A stretch of 61,931 nt of DNA, the filler included, from Hausera hauseri (lineage: Eukaryota), in the NCBI GenBank assembly GCA_046269625.1. It is 10 parts of 10 records of this genome, joined end to end, with 100 filler letters (N's around TTAATTAATTAA, not from the genome) between each part and the next. Parts side by side here need not be neighbours in the genome. Positions count along the whole stretch, not along the records: positions 13,844 to 29,835 come from JBJURY010355486.1; positions 29,936 to 34,844 come from JBJURY010394034.1; positions 34,945 to 39,114 come from JBJURY010723214.1; 7 more parts are not named here. One strand, written 5' to 3'. Below the pieces are notes generated by a model. That model was not told where the DNA came from, did no database searches, and worked only from the letters and a program-made list of their open reading frames with translations. This document shows, piece after piece, positions 23,170 through 35,930 of this stretch; within the stretch, counting starts at the first letter, position 1; each line of letters opens with the position of its first letter. The translations under genes were made by a program, and so were the position numbers.

Positions 23170-24330
23170 GGACGTTTATGCACAACATCAAGCATTGCGA
23201 TCAAAAGATGATTTGATTGAAATCATCCACTTGATCTGAATGCCTTGAAGGAATTGTTGTCGAAGAAATTTACATTTTTGCTGAAAAAGGACAAAATGTC
23301 TGGTGCCAGTGTTTGCATTTTCACGGCACAATGTCATTTTCCAACAGTAAGCAGTCACCAGAATGTGCTGAAAGCACTGATGTTTCAGTTGGATGCTGCT
23401 TTGTCAACAACTGCAGCACAAAAAAAACGGACTGCTATTTCTTTACAACATGACGGAATCGTTGTATTCAAATCTTGACGTTCAGCCGAATTTTAAAATT
23501 CTCAATTTGCTTAAGGGAGCTTATTCGGCAAAACTAACTAAAGTAATTATTTATACACCACCACTGTGGTTTCGTGCATCTTTCAATCTTCGACTTTTTG
23601 TCAAGGAAAAGTTGCAAAATCGAATTTTTATCGTAACATCAATGGATTCATTACATCAGCATGTGACAAAAGATATTTTGCCTCCGAATCTTGGCGGTAG
23701 CAATAACCACTGCCATAGTCAGTGGCAAAGAAAGGCATTCTTATTGATGGGATATTATGAATCGATGCATCCTTCCGCACTTTACGGTCATCAGACTAAT
23801 GGACTTTCACAGCCGCTCAAAACTCTACCGAAAATCAATAACGTTACCGGCAATAATTCATTCGTTGGTACGAATCGTAACTGTGGTGCGTTGAAATCTG
23901 AAGAAGACGATACAAGTGATTGGGATTTTACAACTGTCAACGGGAGTTTGACTGACACTTCATCAAAAACGAAGGAATTGTCTCCTCAGTCCAATTGTAG
24001 TGCTGTGCCTGCATTCGGCCGGAATCAAGTCAAAAATCACATCGACATCCGGAATCGTTAGTTTGGATCAGAACATGTGTCCAGCAACTTACGAGATCGA
24101 TCCACCAAACCTAGCAAATAACATCGGTATTGATTTGTATCCGTCAGTCGATATTTCATTGCACAATGATCAAAACAACAATTCAGCAAATGAAAACAGT
24201 GACTGTGATATGCTTTCGATCAGTAGTTGGGAGTTAAATTTGGAACAAAGTGGTGATAAAGATAATGAAGATGACTGTCAGATTATAAAAACAATGGAGG
24301 CACCGAAATATCACGATAATATATTCCACC
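23170..24330 (+). pseudogene. PTPN9: PTPN9 (PTP-MEG2)-like N-terminal Sec14/CRAL-TRIO domain and linker; phosphatase domain absent
   Basis: ELLSKKFTFL, LKALMFQLDAAL, QKNGLLFLYNM, KILNLLKGAYSAKLTKVIIYTPPLWFRA, LFVKEKLQNRI, LPPNLGG; frameshift in an A-run at ~23420. Confidence 0.85.
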
Positions 24331-24334
24331 TTCT

Positions 24335-26760
24335 CAATCGATCTCAGTTTTCCAAGTCAAGTGAAGTCAGTCAGAAATCCGAAGTTCGGACGTTATCGGC
24401 TGTTACGTCAGTTTCTTTGCAATCCGGATGCAAAACATTGGTAAATCATCGAAAATCGCTGTATTGCTCAAAAAATGTACCGAGGAAAACACGAAATGCG
24501 TTTTGCAAAATAATCAAAAATATAAGTTGTCACAACATGGATTAGTGAAAAGCATGCAAATTGCAAAAATAACGCGATTCGTTCTGCGTCAAATTAAAAC
24601 TGAAGCAATTCAAGACGAAGTTGCAGCACCAACGGAAGAGAATCTCAAAGAATTTTTACCGAAAAATCTTACATATAAAGTCTTTCAAAGCTCTAAACGC
24701 AAAGTGGGCCCGGTTAAATCTAAAAAGTTGTTGAATTGCTTACGTCAGATGCTTCTAAACGATTCAAAGTAGTCAAATATTTTGCATTGATCTGCAAATC
24801 TGCAGACAAACCCGGTCCGGTTGAATTCATGAAAATTTGGCAATTGTGCGTAATATTAGAAGAATGCGTCTTTCGGAACTGTAATCATACAATTAACGAT
24901 GTTTACATGTCTCGGATAAAAGAACTGTCAGATTTCTTCAAAAAACAAGTTGACAATCAATTATCATTTAACTTCTTTCAACAGAAAATTCTGCCATCAA
25001 ATGTAGCGGTAATGTCCAAAAAGGATTTAAAAAAAATTACTGCAGTTCGGCTTCACCGATTAACGACGTTTCACCTAACAATTCGGAGACAAAATTGTAA
25101 CAGCTTTGTCTAAAAAGGGAATATTTAATGTATTACGAGACACAACATATCTTCACTGACAGCATTTGTATGATATCAGCTGTAAAATATGTAACCTTGG
25201 TTCCAAAATGACATCAACTGATAAAAATGGCTGCCTTTAATTAAAAGAAATTGGCAACAACAGTAGTCAGACAAGCGACGAATTCAATGTCAGCAGTTCG
25301 GTTAAAACTCCTGATATGTCTGTCGATATGAATATCTGCTCAACACCATCAGGTGACGGTACGAATAAACAGGATTCATGTGAACCGGTTAATGTTACAA
25401 ACAATATCGTTGATTCATCTGTGTCTGCTTTACTAAATTCTGGTGTTCCAACAAAGACCAAAAAGAAGATGACATCCATCTGGGAAGGTGATATAAATGA
25501 TGAGGACATAGGAACAGTAAAGTGCAAGTAATATCTCATTTCACTAGTGTTACTTGGTGAGTCTGGGGACGAATCGAATGCCATGGTAGAAGATGGAGAT
25601 GAATTACGGGACTCAATAAATCTCAAGTATAATTTGATGGACAAAATCACAATATTTGGACGCATCAAGTTACCCGTTGTTCAAGATTATTTGACAAAAC
25701 TGAAAAAGCGTATCAATAAAGAAATTATTTTGCGACTTCATCCGTCAGATTTGAAAGGTCGCACGATGTATCTTTTGTTATTCCAGTATCTTTACACTCA
25801 TGACAGATGTGGTGTTGTAAATGAGAAAAAGATGGGCCTTAAAGATTGTTACATTTATCCTCTTAATGCTCCCTCTTCAATACATCCGCTTTTCTTACCT
25901 TTTGTAGGTCCAGGATTAGAGAGGCGTAGGCCGCATTTATTACTCCTTATTATCATTCGAACGCCATTGGATAGGCTCAACTATTTGCCAATATCACCAA
26001 AATACGACCAGAATCATGAGATAGCAAGTAAACACGGAATCAATTTAGAGAAAACTGTACACTTCGCTTTGTCAAGCGGCAAAGATTCTGATAATAATAA
26101 TGTTAAACGTCCAGAAGTTATTCTTGATCAGGTATTCAATTGTTCCAATAAGTTGAAAGAAGTTAAAATTCAAAGAGAATGTCATGATACTGATAGGGAA
26201 TTAGTAGAATTTGAATTCTTGGAACAAACTGCTAACGTTTAAATTAGTAGTACTGCTAGTTCAATTGCTTTGTTCGACGAAGAAACGTTAAGAGAAAAGT
26301 ACCAAAAAATAAAAAGTATGCCTCTACCTGAAACATTCTTATAAAAGAAATATTCGGATTCCATAATCAACAAACGTGAAGTTTCAAAATTTATTACAAC
26401 GGGAAGTAATGTGTTTATTCACGTAAATTCTTTGTGCAATGAGGAAGCATTTGAATTATCAAATGAACAAGATGAGGAAGAAAATAATGATGATGATGAT
26501 GATTACGATGAAGCTGTTGATGCAAATGTGAGCAGTTTGTCAACAAGACTTAGTGAATATTACGAAGACTCATTATCGATTGACCATAACTCAGAGTAAT
26601 TCCAAGAGCTCGATTTTACCACGGAAAATATCTAAAGAAAATAGTCGGCAGGAAACACAGAATTCTTGTAACAGTGGTGACGAAGTCATTGATTGGCCCA
26701 ATGAGAGTCCGTTTGAACTGAATAGAACCACAGTAAAAGATATGTGGACGTTTAATAACG
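24335..26760 (+). pseudogene. PHF3: PHF3/DIDO1-like fragment (TFIIS-M and SPOC domains)
   Basis: TFIIS-M-like LEECVFRNCNHTINDVYMSRIK; DTTYLH*QHLYDISCKIC at ~25140 (cf. DTTSQHRAHLFDLNCKIC); SPOC IWEGDI..ITIFGRI..YLYTHDRCGVV..KDCYIYPL..PFVGPGLE..PHLLL. Confidence 0.85.
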
Positions 26761-26785
26761 ATGAGTAAACATTTAAATTAAACTC

Positions 26786-27782
26786 ATGCAAATCTGCGAA
26801 GAGTCCAGCGAGGCACTCAACATATTTCCATTACCATCAGGCTTATGCAGAAATGCTAGTCTATACGGATACTTAATTCCTGTCGAACATGTTTTGGGGA
26901 AAAGTGTTATTGCAGTGGATGAGACAACCACTCATGGACGCAAATGCTATAAACCAACGATTAGACATGGTTGAATTTTTGGTATCGGATAACAGTGTGC
27001 GACTTAATCTTTATGATAACCATTTAAGGAGAATTCTCGACTTGCAAAGAATAATTAAACATCTGAATAGAAAAGACGCAACGTTGCAGGATCTATTCAA
27101 ATTATATTTGTCTTTGAAACAGATCAACGAGATATATCATTTACTGGATGGACATCAAGGCCAATATAAGCATGTTATTGAATCTGAATTTTCAGCCACG
27201 AAGGAACTTTGAGAATCAACAGATAATTTCGTTTCTATGATTGAATCAACTATAGATTTTGATGCCATAAAGGGAAATATGGAATATAGAATAAAGGCAG
27301 ATATTGATGAAAATCTTCACGAACGTAGCTCACAAATTTCCGTTTTGACTGTACAATTGGAAAAGGAATTTTTCAAAGTTGCCAGACAAATCGGCATTGA
27401 ACCGAAAAAGCAAGTTAAATTGGAATCATCGAAAAATTTGGTTATTACATGAGAGTTCCGCGCAAAGATGAAACAATTTTGCGAGATCAAAAAAATCTCA
27501 ATGTTATCGAAACACTAAAGGATGATGTGAAGTTCCATTCTCAAAAAATGGCAAATCTGAATGAAACGTATTTGAAATACTTGTCAGATTATGGTGAATA
27601 TCAAAAGAGTATTGTTGATCAGATAATGCGTATTTCAAACGAATATTCTGCTTCCATATACAGAGTAAGCTTATTGATTGCCAAATTGGACGTGTTTTGC
27701 AGCCTTGTAGTTTCTGCTTTATCTGCTCCAGATACCTATGTGCGACCGTCCGTTAAAGCTGACGAACCCCGATTCATTAAAC
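26786..27782 (+). pseudogene. MSH2: MSH2 central fragment (core/clamp domains), ATPase domain missing
   Basis: ALNIF..SLYG..LNSCRT..QWMRQPLMD..INQRLDMVE, LQDLFKLY, MIESTID, VKLES, AKLDV..APDTYVRP; several frameshifts and stops. Confidence 0.92.
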
Positions 27783-29835
27783 GTTTCAGTCAGTATGTTA
27801 TCTACAAAACACCTCGCAGTAAAACAGGTAAGAATTCGGTTACCCCGAAATCTGGACCCGCAGTGGCAAAGCTGAGGTCCCGGCCGCCCACTGCACCATT
27901 GGGTTGGATGGCACCGTTCATTGCCGCCCCACAACACGCCCCCGGACATATCACCTCCCTATTCCATCTTTTTTTAAATAACAAATATATTCATACATAC
28001 ACAGCATTATATTTACACACTTCGGCCATTCACAACTTCATCTCTACCTTACTCCACTTTCCTGACTTCTACCTCACATACAATGGATCTGTAATGTCTT
28101 TCGCTAAACCCCTCCAACCTTCTACAACTTGTGTCTGTATTACATTCACTTCGGTTTCCGTGGTGGCATGGATTCATCACCCACAATTGATACCACGGAC
28201 AAACTCACCAAACCACAGATCCCTATCATACATTTACCGAAACAAAGCGCTTCAAACACTCTTACACAACACACCCTCCTCACTCATTCACCCTGCACCG
28301 AATACTTCCTCGACAACCAAAACTTTACTTAAACATGGCTAAAACTGCACCAGTTTTGGCTCCAATCACAAAATGTCGTCGACTCTTTATCCTAAGCCAA
28401 CAGCCTCTTTTTCCACTTACCAGCTTCCATCAAAACTAAAATTACCAATATCATCGATATCCTTCATCACACTGACCCATATACTCAACTTTATAATGCC
28501 ATTCTCAAGCTTACTGAGCCTTCAATCTATTCAATCATTTAAAGATTCTTCAACGATAACGCCATGGACCTTCAGAAGCCTTCTGAATTCTTACGCACAT
28601 CCTTGTCTCAACTTAATACCTCTGAGCATAGTCCAGAACTTATTCATCGTATTTCTTAAATGTATTGTCCCTTCAAGTAAGAGTTTGGCTAACCGTAGTC
28701 GAAGACTGCAAAGCTCTAGACAAGCTAGCCGAACTGGCAGACAAAGGTTACGAAGTACTGCACTCACACACAGCACAAACTATCTCTGCGGCATTAACAA
28801 CAGACCAACAACAACAAAATGCAATGCTGCAGCAACAAATTGCGCAATTATGCACGGAAAATGAAATGTTACAAAGGACAATAAACACTATAAACGAAAA
28901 ATTAAACGAATTAGCGCTGCCTCGACGAGGTTTTTCTAGGCCTGCTTCCCCTAATTTATTTAATCAACGTCAAAGACGGTCGCCTTCGGAGCGCGGTCAT
29001 TAATTGGCTATTATCATAGCAAATTTGGTAACAATGCTCAAAAATGCTGCATCGGTTGTAAAATCGGTTGTAATCTTAATCAAATAAGCAGCATTTCGGT
29101 GACTGCCCCGACGATCGCCTCCAGCAAGTCAATACTGAAAAGAAACGACTTTTGATTTAAATTATTTTTATAATCATAAATTATACAGAAATTTTTACTA
29201 CGGTGACAAATACGATATTGCCAACTGCGTGGCACCTATTACTGATACTACAGCTGTCAACACCATCTTCAACACAAACGTGCTCCATCAAATACCACCC
29301 AGTCGTAACACCTTGTCTATAACTAATACTTCAACTGCATCAAGTCACGATGCATCGACACCATCTAACAACTTTTCATCGTTGCTTTCTGATCTACAGC
29401 AATACATTTCGTCTTCCTGCACGAGTCTGTTACAGAAGGACAAATCATTCGTAGTACCTCAATCCACTTTCCATCACATAGTAACAACACATCAGAGACC
29501 AATACGTCAAAAGGTCCGTCCGATATCGCCTCGTCGCAGAGAGGCAGTGGAGGCTGAGTTTCTCAAACTGGAAAAATCAGGAATAATTAGAAGATCAAAG
29601 TCCCCGTGGTCTTCACCACTACATGTGGTTCCAAAAAAGATGGTACCTTTCGCCCATGCGGTGATTACCGCCAACTCAACACTATAACAACAATGGATGC
29701 CTACCCTCTACCATTAATCAGTGATATCCTTCAGAGGCTTCATGGTGCGACCATCTTTTCCTGCATTAATTTGCACAAAGCATACCACCAAATTCCTGTT
29801 GCCCCAGCAGACTTTCCGAAAACGGCTGTCATTAC
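27783..29835 (+). mobile_element. Ty3/Gypsy element: possible PBS (~27837), gag and start of RT; protease not visible
   Basis: Gag DPYTQLYNAILK..QKPSEFLR..LDKLAELADK; YYHSKFGNNAQKC knuckle at ~29010; SGIIRRSKSPWSSPLHVVPKK, RPCGDYRQLN, DAYPLP, KAYHQIPV. Confidence 0.9.
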
Positions 29836-30340
29836 NNNNNNNNNNNNNNNNNNNNNNNNNNNNNNNNNNNNNNNNNNNNTTAATTAATTAANNNNNNNNN
29901 NNNNNNNNNNNNNNNNNNNNNNNNNNNNNNNNNNNTATAAAATACAGGCAGCACATACGGGTAATTTACTATATATGTAATATGCTGGTAATATAGATAA
30001 TTAAGCTGAATTATAGGTAATATATGTCCTACCAAGGTAATGCAACTAATCAGTGCATTAATGAATACTCTCTTCAATACAATGCATCAATACACTAATC
30101 AATACATTATATATTTTGGTCCTATTTGATTAACTCTATAAACTTATATACTTAAGCCTATATACCTATTTAGCTAACTTTATATACCTATATAGTTAAT
30201 CCTATACATGTATTTAGTTTACTCTATTCACTTACATAGCTAACCCTATTTGACTTTCTAACCATATACCATAGAGTGTATCACTTGAAAGGGTTAGGTA
30301 TAAACAAAAGTGCAAAACATTGCATTATCATGTTTAAAAT

Positions 30341-30715
30341 ATGCAAAATCAAGTTGAACGTATGTATCCAGAACAATTTACAAGGAATATTGAATATTTC
30401 GAAACTATACTCCAAGCACCGAAACGACTCAGTTGGAAACTCATTCACATGCTGCCATGTCATGTAATTGATGATTATATTCAAATTATGGAAAACATCA
30501 CGAATGTTAATATAAGTGTCAATGTCGACAAAATCAGAAAGTTCAATGGTGTATTGACTAAAATGGAACATGCCAAATCAAAACAAAAGAAGAAAGATGT
30601 TTTACTCAAGAATTTTCCCACTTCTGAAGGAACAAATGGGACAAGTCAATACAATGGAAATAAATTTATATGGGTAACATTAAGACTAATAGTGCCCTGG
30701 TTTCAGAAACCTTGA
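30341..30715 (+). CDS. Small basic protein resembling a conserved Polinton/Maverick small ORF
   Basis: Intact 124-aa ORF; pattern RN..L.APK..LI..LP..VI..I..NI..NI.V..KIRK..L..KK..LL matches a small Maverick protein as I recall it; same contig as PolB. Confidence 0.5.
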   Translation: MQNQVERMYPEQFTRNIEYFETILQAPKRLSWKLIHMLPCHVIDDYIQIMENITNVNISVNVDKIRKFNGVLTKMEHAKSKQKKKDVLLKNFPTSEGTNGTSQYNGNKFIWVTLRLIVPWFQKP

Positions 30716-31000
30716 ACCAGAATTATAAATATGTGCATATGAATATGGCAGATTAATACCAAAGGACATTGTGCTTATAAAGTTTTGAGCATTGTAATGT
30801 TGTTATGAAATAAATGTTATTATTGACGCAGTGGTTTATTGATTATTGGTAATATTAACCCTTACTTATTCCACAATACGTGAGGAAGAACACAACACGA
30901 TTTTTCAAAATAACTGTGTATTAACATAACAATCACAACACTTGAATAACATCTTCAATGATAATATCATCATCACTGTTTTCATCACAGTCCGTATGAA

Positions 31001-31230
31001 TTATCGCTGTGAACACCTATGCGATATATATATCACTTGGCTATTGTCATCTTGGACAATGGCATAATTACATTCTGTCCTGCAAACTGGACAAGTATTG
31101 TTGTATCGCATCAAAGTTTTGAGGCAATCAATGCAGAATATATGATCTTTACATGTTGCTAATCTTGCATTGAAACGGTTCCTCTCCTCTAGACAAATTG
31201 CACACGTACTGTTTGTTTTGGAAAAATGAC
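31001..31230 (-). pseudogene. C3HC4 RING-finger gene (missing from the ORF track; start codon lost)
   Basis: Manual translation: CAICLEERNRFNARLATCKDHIFCIDCLKTLMRYNNTCPVCR (31082-31204). Confidence 0.85.
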
Positions 31231-32351
31231 ACAGTAATACAAGTATTGATGTGCAGTATTGGTTTATTTATAAGCATATTTGAATACAGTATTGATTAGT
31301 ATTTCGAGTAATGCATTGACTTATTGATTAGTGTATTCAGGAGTGTATTGATTTATTGATTAGAATAGTAATTAGTGCATTGATTAGAATATTGATTAGA
31401 GTATTGATTAGTACATTGATGAGTGTATTGATACACTGTATTGATTAGTTTCACATGCATTGCTTTGATAGGACATATGTTACTTATATTTCACTTTCAT
31501 TAGCTATATTATCAGCATATAGTACGCGCCGTTTACCCATTATGCATATATTACCAGTATATTTCCTAAGGTATTGATGAGTGAATTGACTTATACCATA
31601 TATTACTGTATCCCATATAATTATCTAGAAGATACATTACCCAATTGATATCAATATTATACATATCGCCTACGTATTACACATATCACTTATATATTAT
31701 CTATGTGCTACCTGCATTTTATACCCATATTATCTACATTTTTCCCATACAATTCCTATATCACATACATACTCTCAATGCATTAACCGCATATTACTCA
31801 TATTAGCTAAAATATTACTTGTATTTTACACATTTGCACACATACATAGGCATATCTGAGTTGTACATTTTCCCCAAGTAAGTTGCATTTTACATACACT
31901 CACACAGGCAAACACACAGACATATATCTGAGCTATACCCTTTCTCAAGTTAGTTGCACTTTACATGCACAGACATGCACATGCACACTATATATCTTAA
32001 TCATTAATTTCTCAAGTTACTCACATTTTACCCTCCCTCACACACAAAACACCCACTCAAACATACAGACATATATCATAGCCAATTCATTTCCCAAGTT
32101 ACTTCATTATACCCGCGCACACATGCACACTATAGAAGTGTTTAGCGTTATGCAAAATTTATATTGTTATGAAATAAATATGTTATGAAATTAGTTGGTT
32201 TATCCTATATAGTAGTTATTTAGTTTTACTTGGCCTTATCCTATATCCCACATTACTTGATCAAAAACTCGAGACAATTATTACAAAAAAAATTTATTGT
32301 TATAAAAATACAACACATGTCTAATAAGTACAACAACAACAATGTTTATAT

Positions 32352-34844
32352 TTACATTAGTGCAGCATGTCCATGAGGCAATGTACTGATTCCATCTTCA
32401 AGAATTTGCCTTTCATCATCGAACCAATCGAGGCTTTTCTTCCGCAGAGCAACCGTGGCAATCTGATGTTCCCGGGACTGGATCCTCTTCATTTCGCTGA
32501 CTATGTGAGTTTGTTCCCGCCACACTCTCTCAAAATCTGCAAAGCTTATGTCTTTAGCTAATGCGGCCTTTTGAACTCCCTGGGCTCGCTTCTTTGCCTG
32601 ACCACCTACATCAATGGCGAACATTTTTGATTTCAACGCCACGAAACGAGTGATGATCTTCCCATTCACTTCGTCTTTAAACTTCCCGAGGACCTTCTTG
32701 TTGGCGGTTGAATAATTTGGATGATCCTTCGGATAGTCCGAGGTATCCATATACTGCACCAATTTTGCAAACTTTTCAAAGATATCATCTGTGTGGATCT
32801 GGTACATGAAACTGTCCGGGTCCATGTACATTAGCTGGAGCTACTTGAATGTGGGGACCATGATGTTGTAATAAAAGTCATACATCAAGGTCTTGGATAG
32901 ATCCAATATGGACATGCCCACATATATAGGCTTGTTGAACTCAAGTGATATCTTGAGCATATGGATGCTCACCAGGTTCTCCGTGTAGATTGTGCTGCTG
33001 TGGAATTTGGACATAGCGATGAGTTTCTTTGCCCTCTTCCAGTCACATACCAGCTCGATATTTATCCGGTTGCGGATGTTCTCCATAGTTTTTCCAAAGA
33101 CCGAGTTGTTATACAACTTCAATCGGTCATTTTCAAACTCGCTTTTGGCATTGGTCCTCAACTGGGTATTAAGGTCTAGGTATGGATTCAGCCATTTGGA
33201 CTGGCTGAACTGCAGGGCCCGATGAATCTTGATGACTCGGAGTCCATTTTGGATAGCCTGTTGGAGATTTATGTAATGGGCTGCATACCTCTCCCTGTTT
33301 TCGAGGTGACAGAGCAGCTTCTTACACTTGCCATTTGGTGGCTTCTTGCTCTCCGGGAGAAAAGGCATCTGCTCATGCCTTGTGTCGATGCTATGTGGGT
33401 ATTCCACGTCCACCTCCGGAATATAGCCCGTATCTCCATTGGGATCCATACCTTCAATATCCGGGTCTTGCGGCTGCTCCATCCATTGAAAGTTATCATA
33501 GGGCAATAGGTTGCTCATTGATCATCCATACAGATTGTTGGCATACGGGTATTATATATGAGGATTCCTGAAATGTATCATAATCTGCCATGTATTTGTT
33601 GTTGGCCTCACTGTACTTGTGAATGGCCTGGCAGATTCCACCCCTGATGCTCCTGTCAATCATAAGGACCATATTGTAATCCTTCAAGATTTTGTGCATA
33701 GTTGCCCAACTCATTCCTGAACCTGTAAAGAAATGGGCTGGATCTAACTTGTGGCTCTTAAGATCACATTCGGGAAGCTTTCGAAGACATCAGTAAGCAA
33801 CAGCACATCTGTGAGGAGCTAGATATCACTGTATTCCCCTATTGTCCTGTACTGGAAGGTATTACTGTATGACAACTGACTATAGAAGTCCTTTTTGGCC
33901 GGTAATGCATCTTCATCCAGTGCTTTCAATGACGTTATATAGTCATAGGGGAACACTCCTTTCCGATTCACCAGATCAAATGTATCCGGGAAGAACCTCT
34001 TCGTCTCCTTGAGCTCATCAACCGGAAGGTTCTTCACGAGGCTGTCCAGTAACGAGTTCATGAAGCGGAAGCTTTCGATAAAGGGAAGTCTAATACGGCC
34101 CACATGCTTTGTGAAGTTGATGTACTTCTGTTCACTATTTGGAATCACATCAATGTTCCTCTCAATATTACCAAATTCTCGAACAATGAAGTGGGAGTCG
34201 TATCCACTAAGATTGTGGAATATCACGAGAACATATGTACATCTCTTGCAGCGTATGTTGCAATTGTTGCACACTGCTCCTCGGTATATTCCTGTAAAAT
34301 GGCAGTGATCCCTGACTTTGTGATTGTCCCATGTGAATGGCTTTCTGCATAAGTAGAATGTTGATGCTTTGCGCCATTCACATTTTTCTTTCTGTGACAA
34401 CACCATGTGGCGCTTATGCTTCTGCAACATGTCTTAAAGTTTTTGGGCATACTGTTCCATATACTGCTTAATGTGTGCTGCTGCATTTACAGCCCTGTAT
34501 AGATATGGCAATTTGCACCTTCTGCATCTCCTGGAACTCTTTGAATTCCAGGTAATCTTCCTTGGTGAATTCTGCTACGATGCAATAGTAGGTCTTGTGC
34601 TCCTCCAGCTTTTCTGCAGCTGTGTTTCCATTAAATTGGTAAAGCATCTTTTGCATATTTCCAGCCTTGATTTATGCTTGGATATTTGGGATCCTACGAG
34701 GCGCTCAAAATTCTTGACCCACATTAAATGCCTCTTTTCTCCATCACCCAGCAGGAGCAGATCCCTATGATCCTCCAATTTCTCCTTGCACACATGTAAG
34801 GGATAAAATTTGTCCTCCTCCAATCCGAAGATGTTGATGGAGAT
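32352..34844 (-). pseudogene. polB: Second Polinton-type protein-primed DNA polymerase B with EndoVII-like domain
   Basis: VRDHCHFTGIYRGAVCNNCN, FHNLSGYDSHF, RKGVFPYDY, IRGGICQ, KLYNNSVFGKTMENIR, KPIYVG, YMDPDS (YxDTDS), GKFKDE, TLPHGH. Confidence 0.95.
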
Positions 34845-35402
34845 NNNNNNNNNNNNNNNNNNNNNNNNNNNNNNNNNNNNNNNNNNNNTTAATTAATTAA
34901 NNNNNNNNNNNNNNNNNNNNNNNNNNNNNNNNNNNNNNNNNNNNGCCCATAAGCGGGCCCCGATCTCCCGCTTTGAGAATCGTGTCATTAGTCTGTAAAA
35001 TATTTACAATGACCCATGAATAGCCACGGCTTCGAGCTTGTCAAAAAGCAACAAAAAGACCAATTATCATCAGATTTCATCGATTGCGTCAGGTAATCAA
35101 AATCTCAAATCTTATCTTTTAAATTTGGCTCATTTGTACGCATCTTTTTGTCTTGTAATGAAAGAAACTCCTTCGAAGACGATTGCTGACATTATTTCCC
35201 ATCTCAATCTATATGCTAAGGATGAAAATTCTCGAAAAGATGTCCTCGAAAATTCCATTTCTTCCGAAGTTATTGAAAGCAATCAATCAAGTATTCAGTA
35301 TCAAAAAGAAGTCGAAAACACACAAAACGGTGTTTCTCACCTGAAAACGTCAGTGTAAACTCTGATGGAATACGTTACGCAGTTGCAGAAATACAAAGAA
35401 AA

Positions 35403-35760
35403 TAACAACGACGCCACGTCAATCAAATACAATCCAAAGCTGACCATTTAGAATGGCGATATATTGAATTAATCTCACTAATTCAGGAAGTGGAGAAAAT
35501 TGTCGATTTCATAAAACAAGCTAAAATGAACGCGCTCGCGAAATATGAAATGATGTCGAATTAATAACAGCAAAATTAGAAGAGCAGTTAAAACCCAAAT
35601 GTTCGACTCTCATGAACCAACGAAATCTTTTGGCTGGAGAGGCGGATATGCTGGACTCGTTGTTGCAACATGTTAAACAAACCCTTACTCAATACAACAA
35701 GGCCAAATTGATTGCTAAATCAGCCAACATACCTGTGCACCGGTCTTATAGAAACTCGCC
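35403..35760 (+). pseudogene. TRIM37: TRIM37 coiled-coil fragment
   Basis: IELISLIQEVEKIVDFIKQAK/NERAREI*NDVELITAKLEEQLKPKCSTLMNQRNLLAGEADMLDSLLQHV parallels TRIM37 [54 protein letters not shown]. Confidence 0.8.
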
Positions 35761-35930
35761 AATCACAATCGTTGTCATAAAAATGTTATCAAATCTGTGC
35801 TGGTCATGTTGATGAAATCTGGCGTAGTGTTCTTTGTTACCTATCGGGTGAGAAACTTCGAGCTTATCGAAAACAAAATGTACATTTGTATATTATGTTT
35901 TAATTAATATTAGTTTCAATGACATAAGCA

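Larger units (their letters stand above)
29936..31722. repeat. Degenerate inverted repeat (29936-30105 versus ~31400-31520 plus 31700-31722) with GTATTGATTAG-type tandem repeats at 31280-31450
   Basis: The reverse complement of the contig start (GTATTGATTAG..TAGGACATAT..CAGCATAT..TATGTGCTGCCTGTATTTTATA) recurs on the + strand. Confidence 0.65.

Noticed and set aside
23170-27782. Frameshifts as ultra-short introns of a compact genome
   Set aside because: The breaks examined are 1-nt indels (e.g. the A-run at ~23420, MSH2 at ~26870) without GT..AG inserts.
27449-28342. 297-aa ORF as a genuine MSH2 fusion protein
   Set aside because: After ~27782 it is chance read-through into the C-rich Gypsy leader, and the upstream MSH2 is already broken.
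31280-31450. CRISPR-like or telomeric array
   Set aside because: Short degenerate GTATTGATTAG units without unique spacers; simple tandem repeat.
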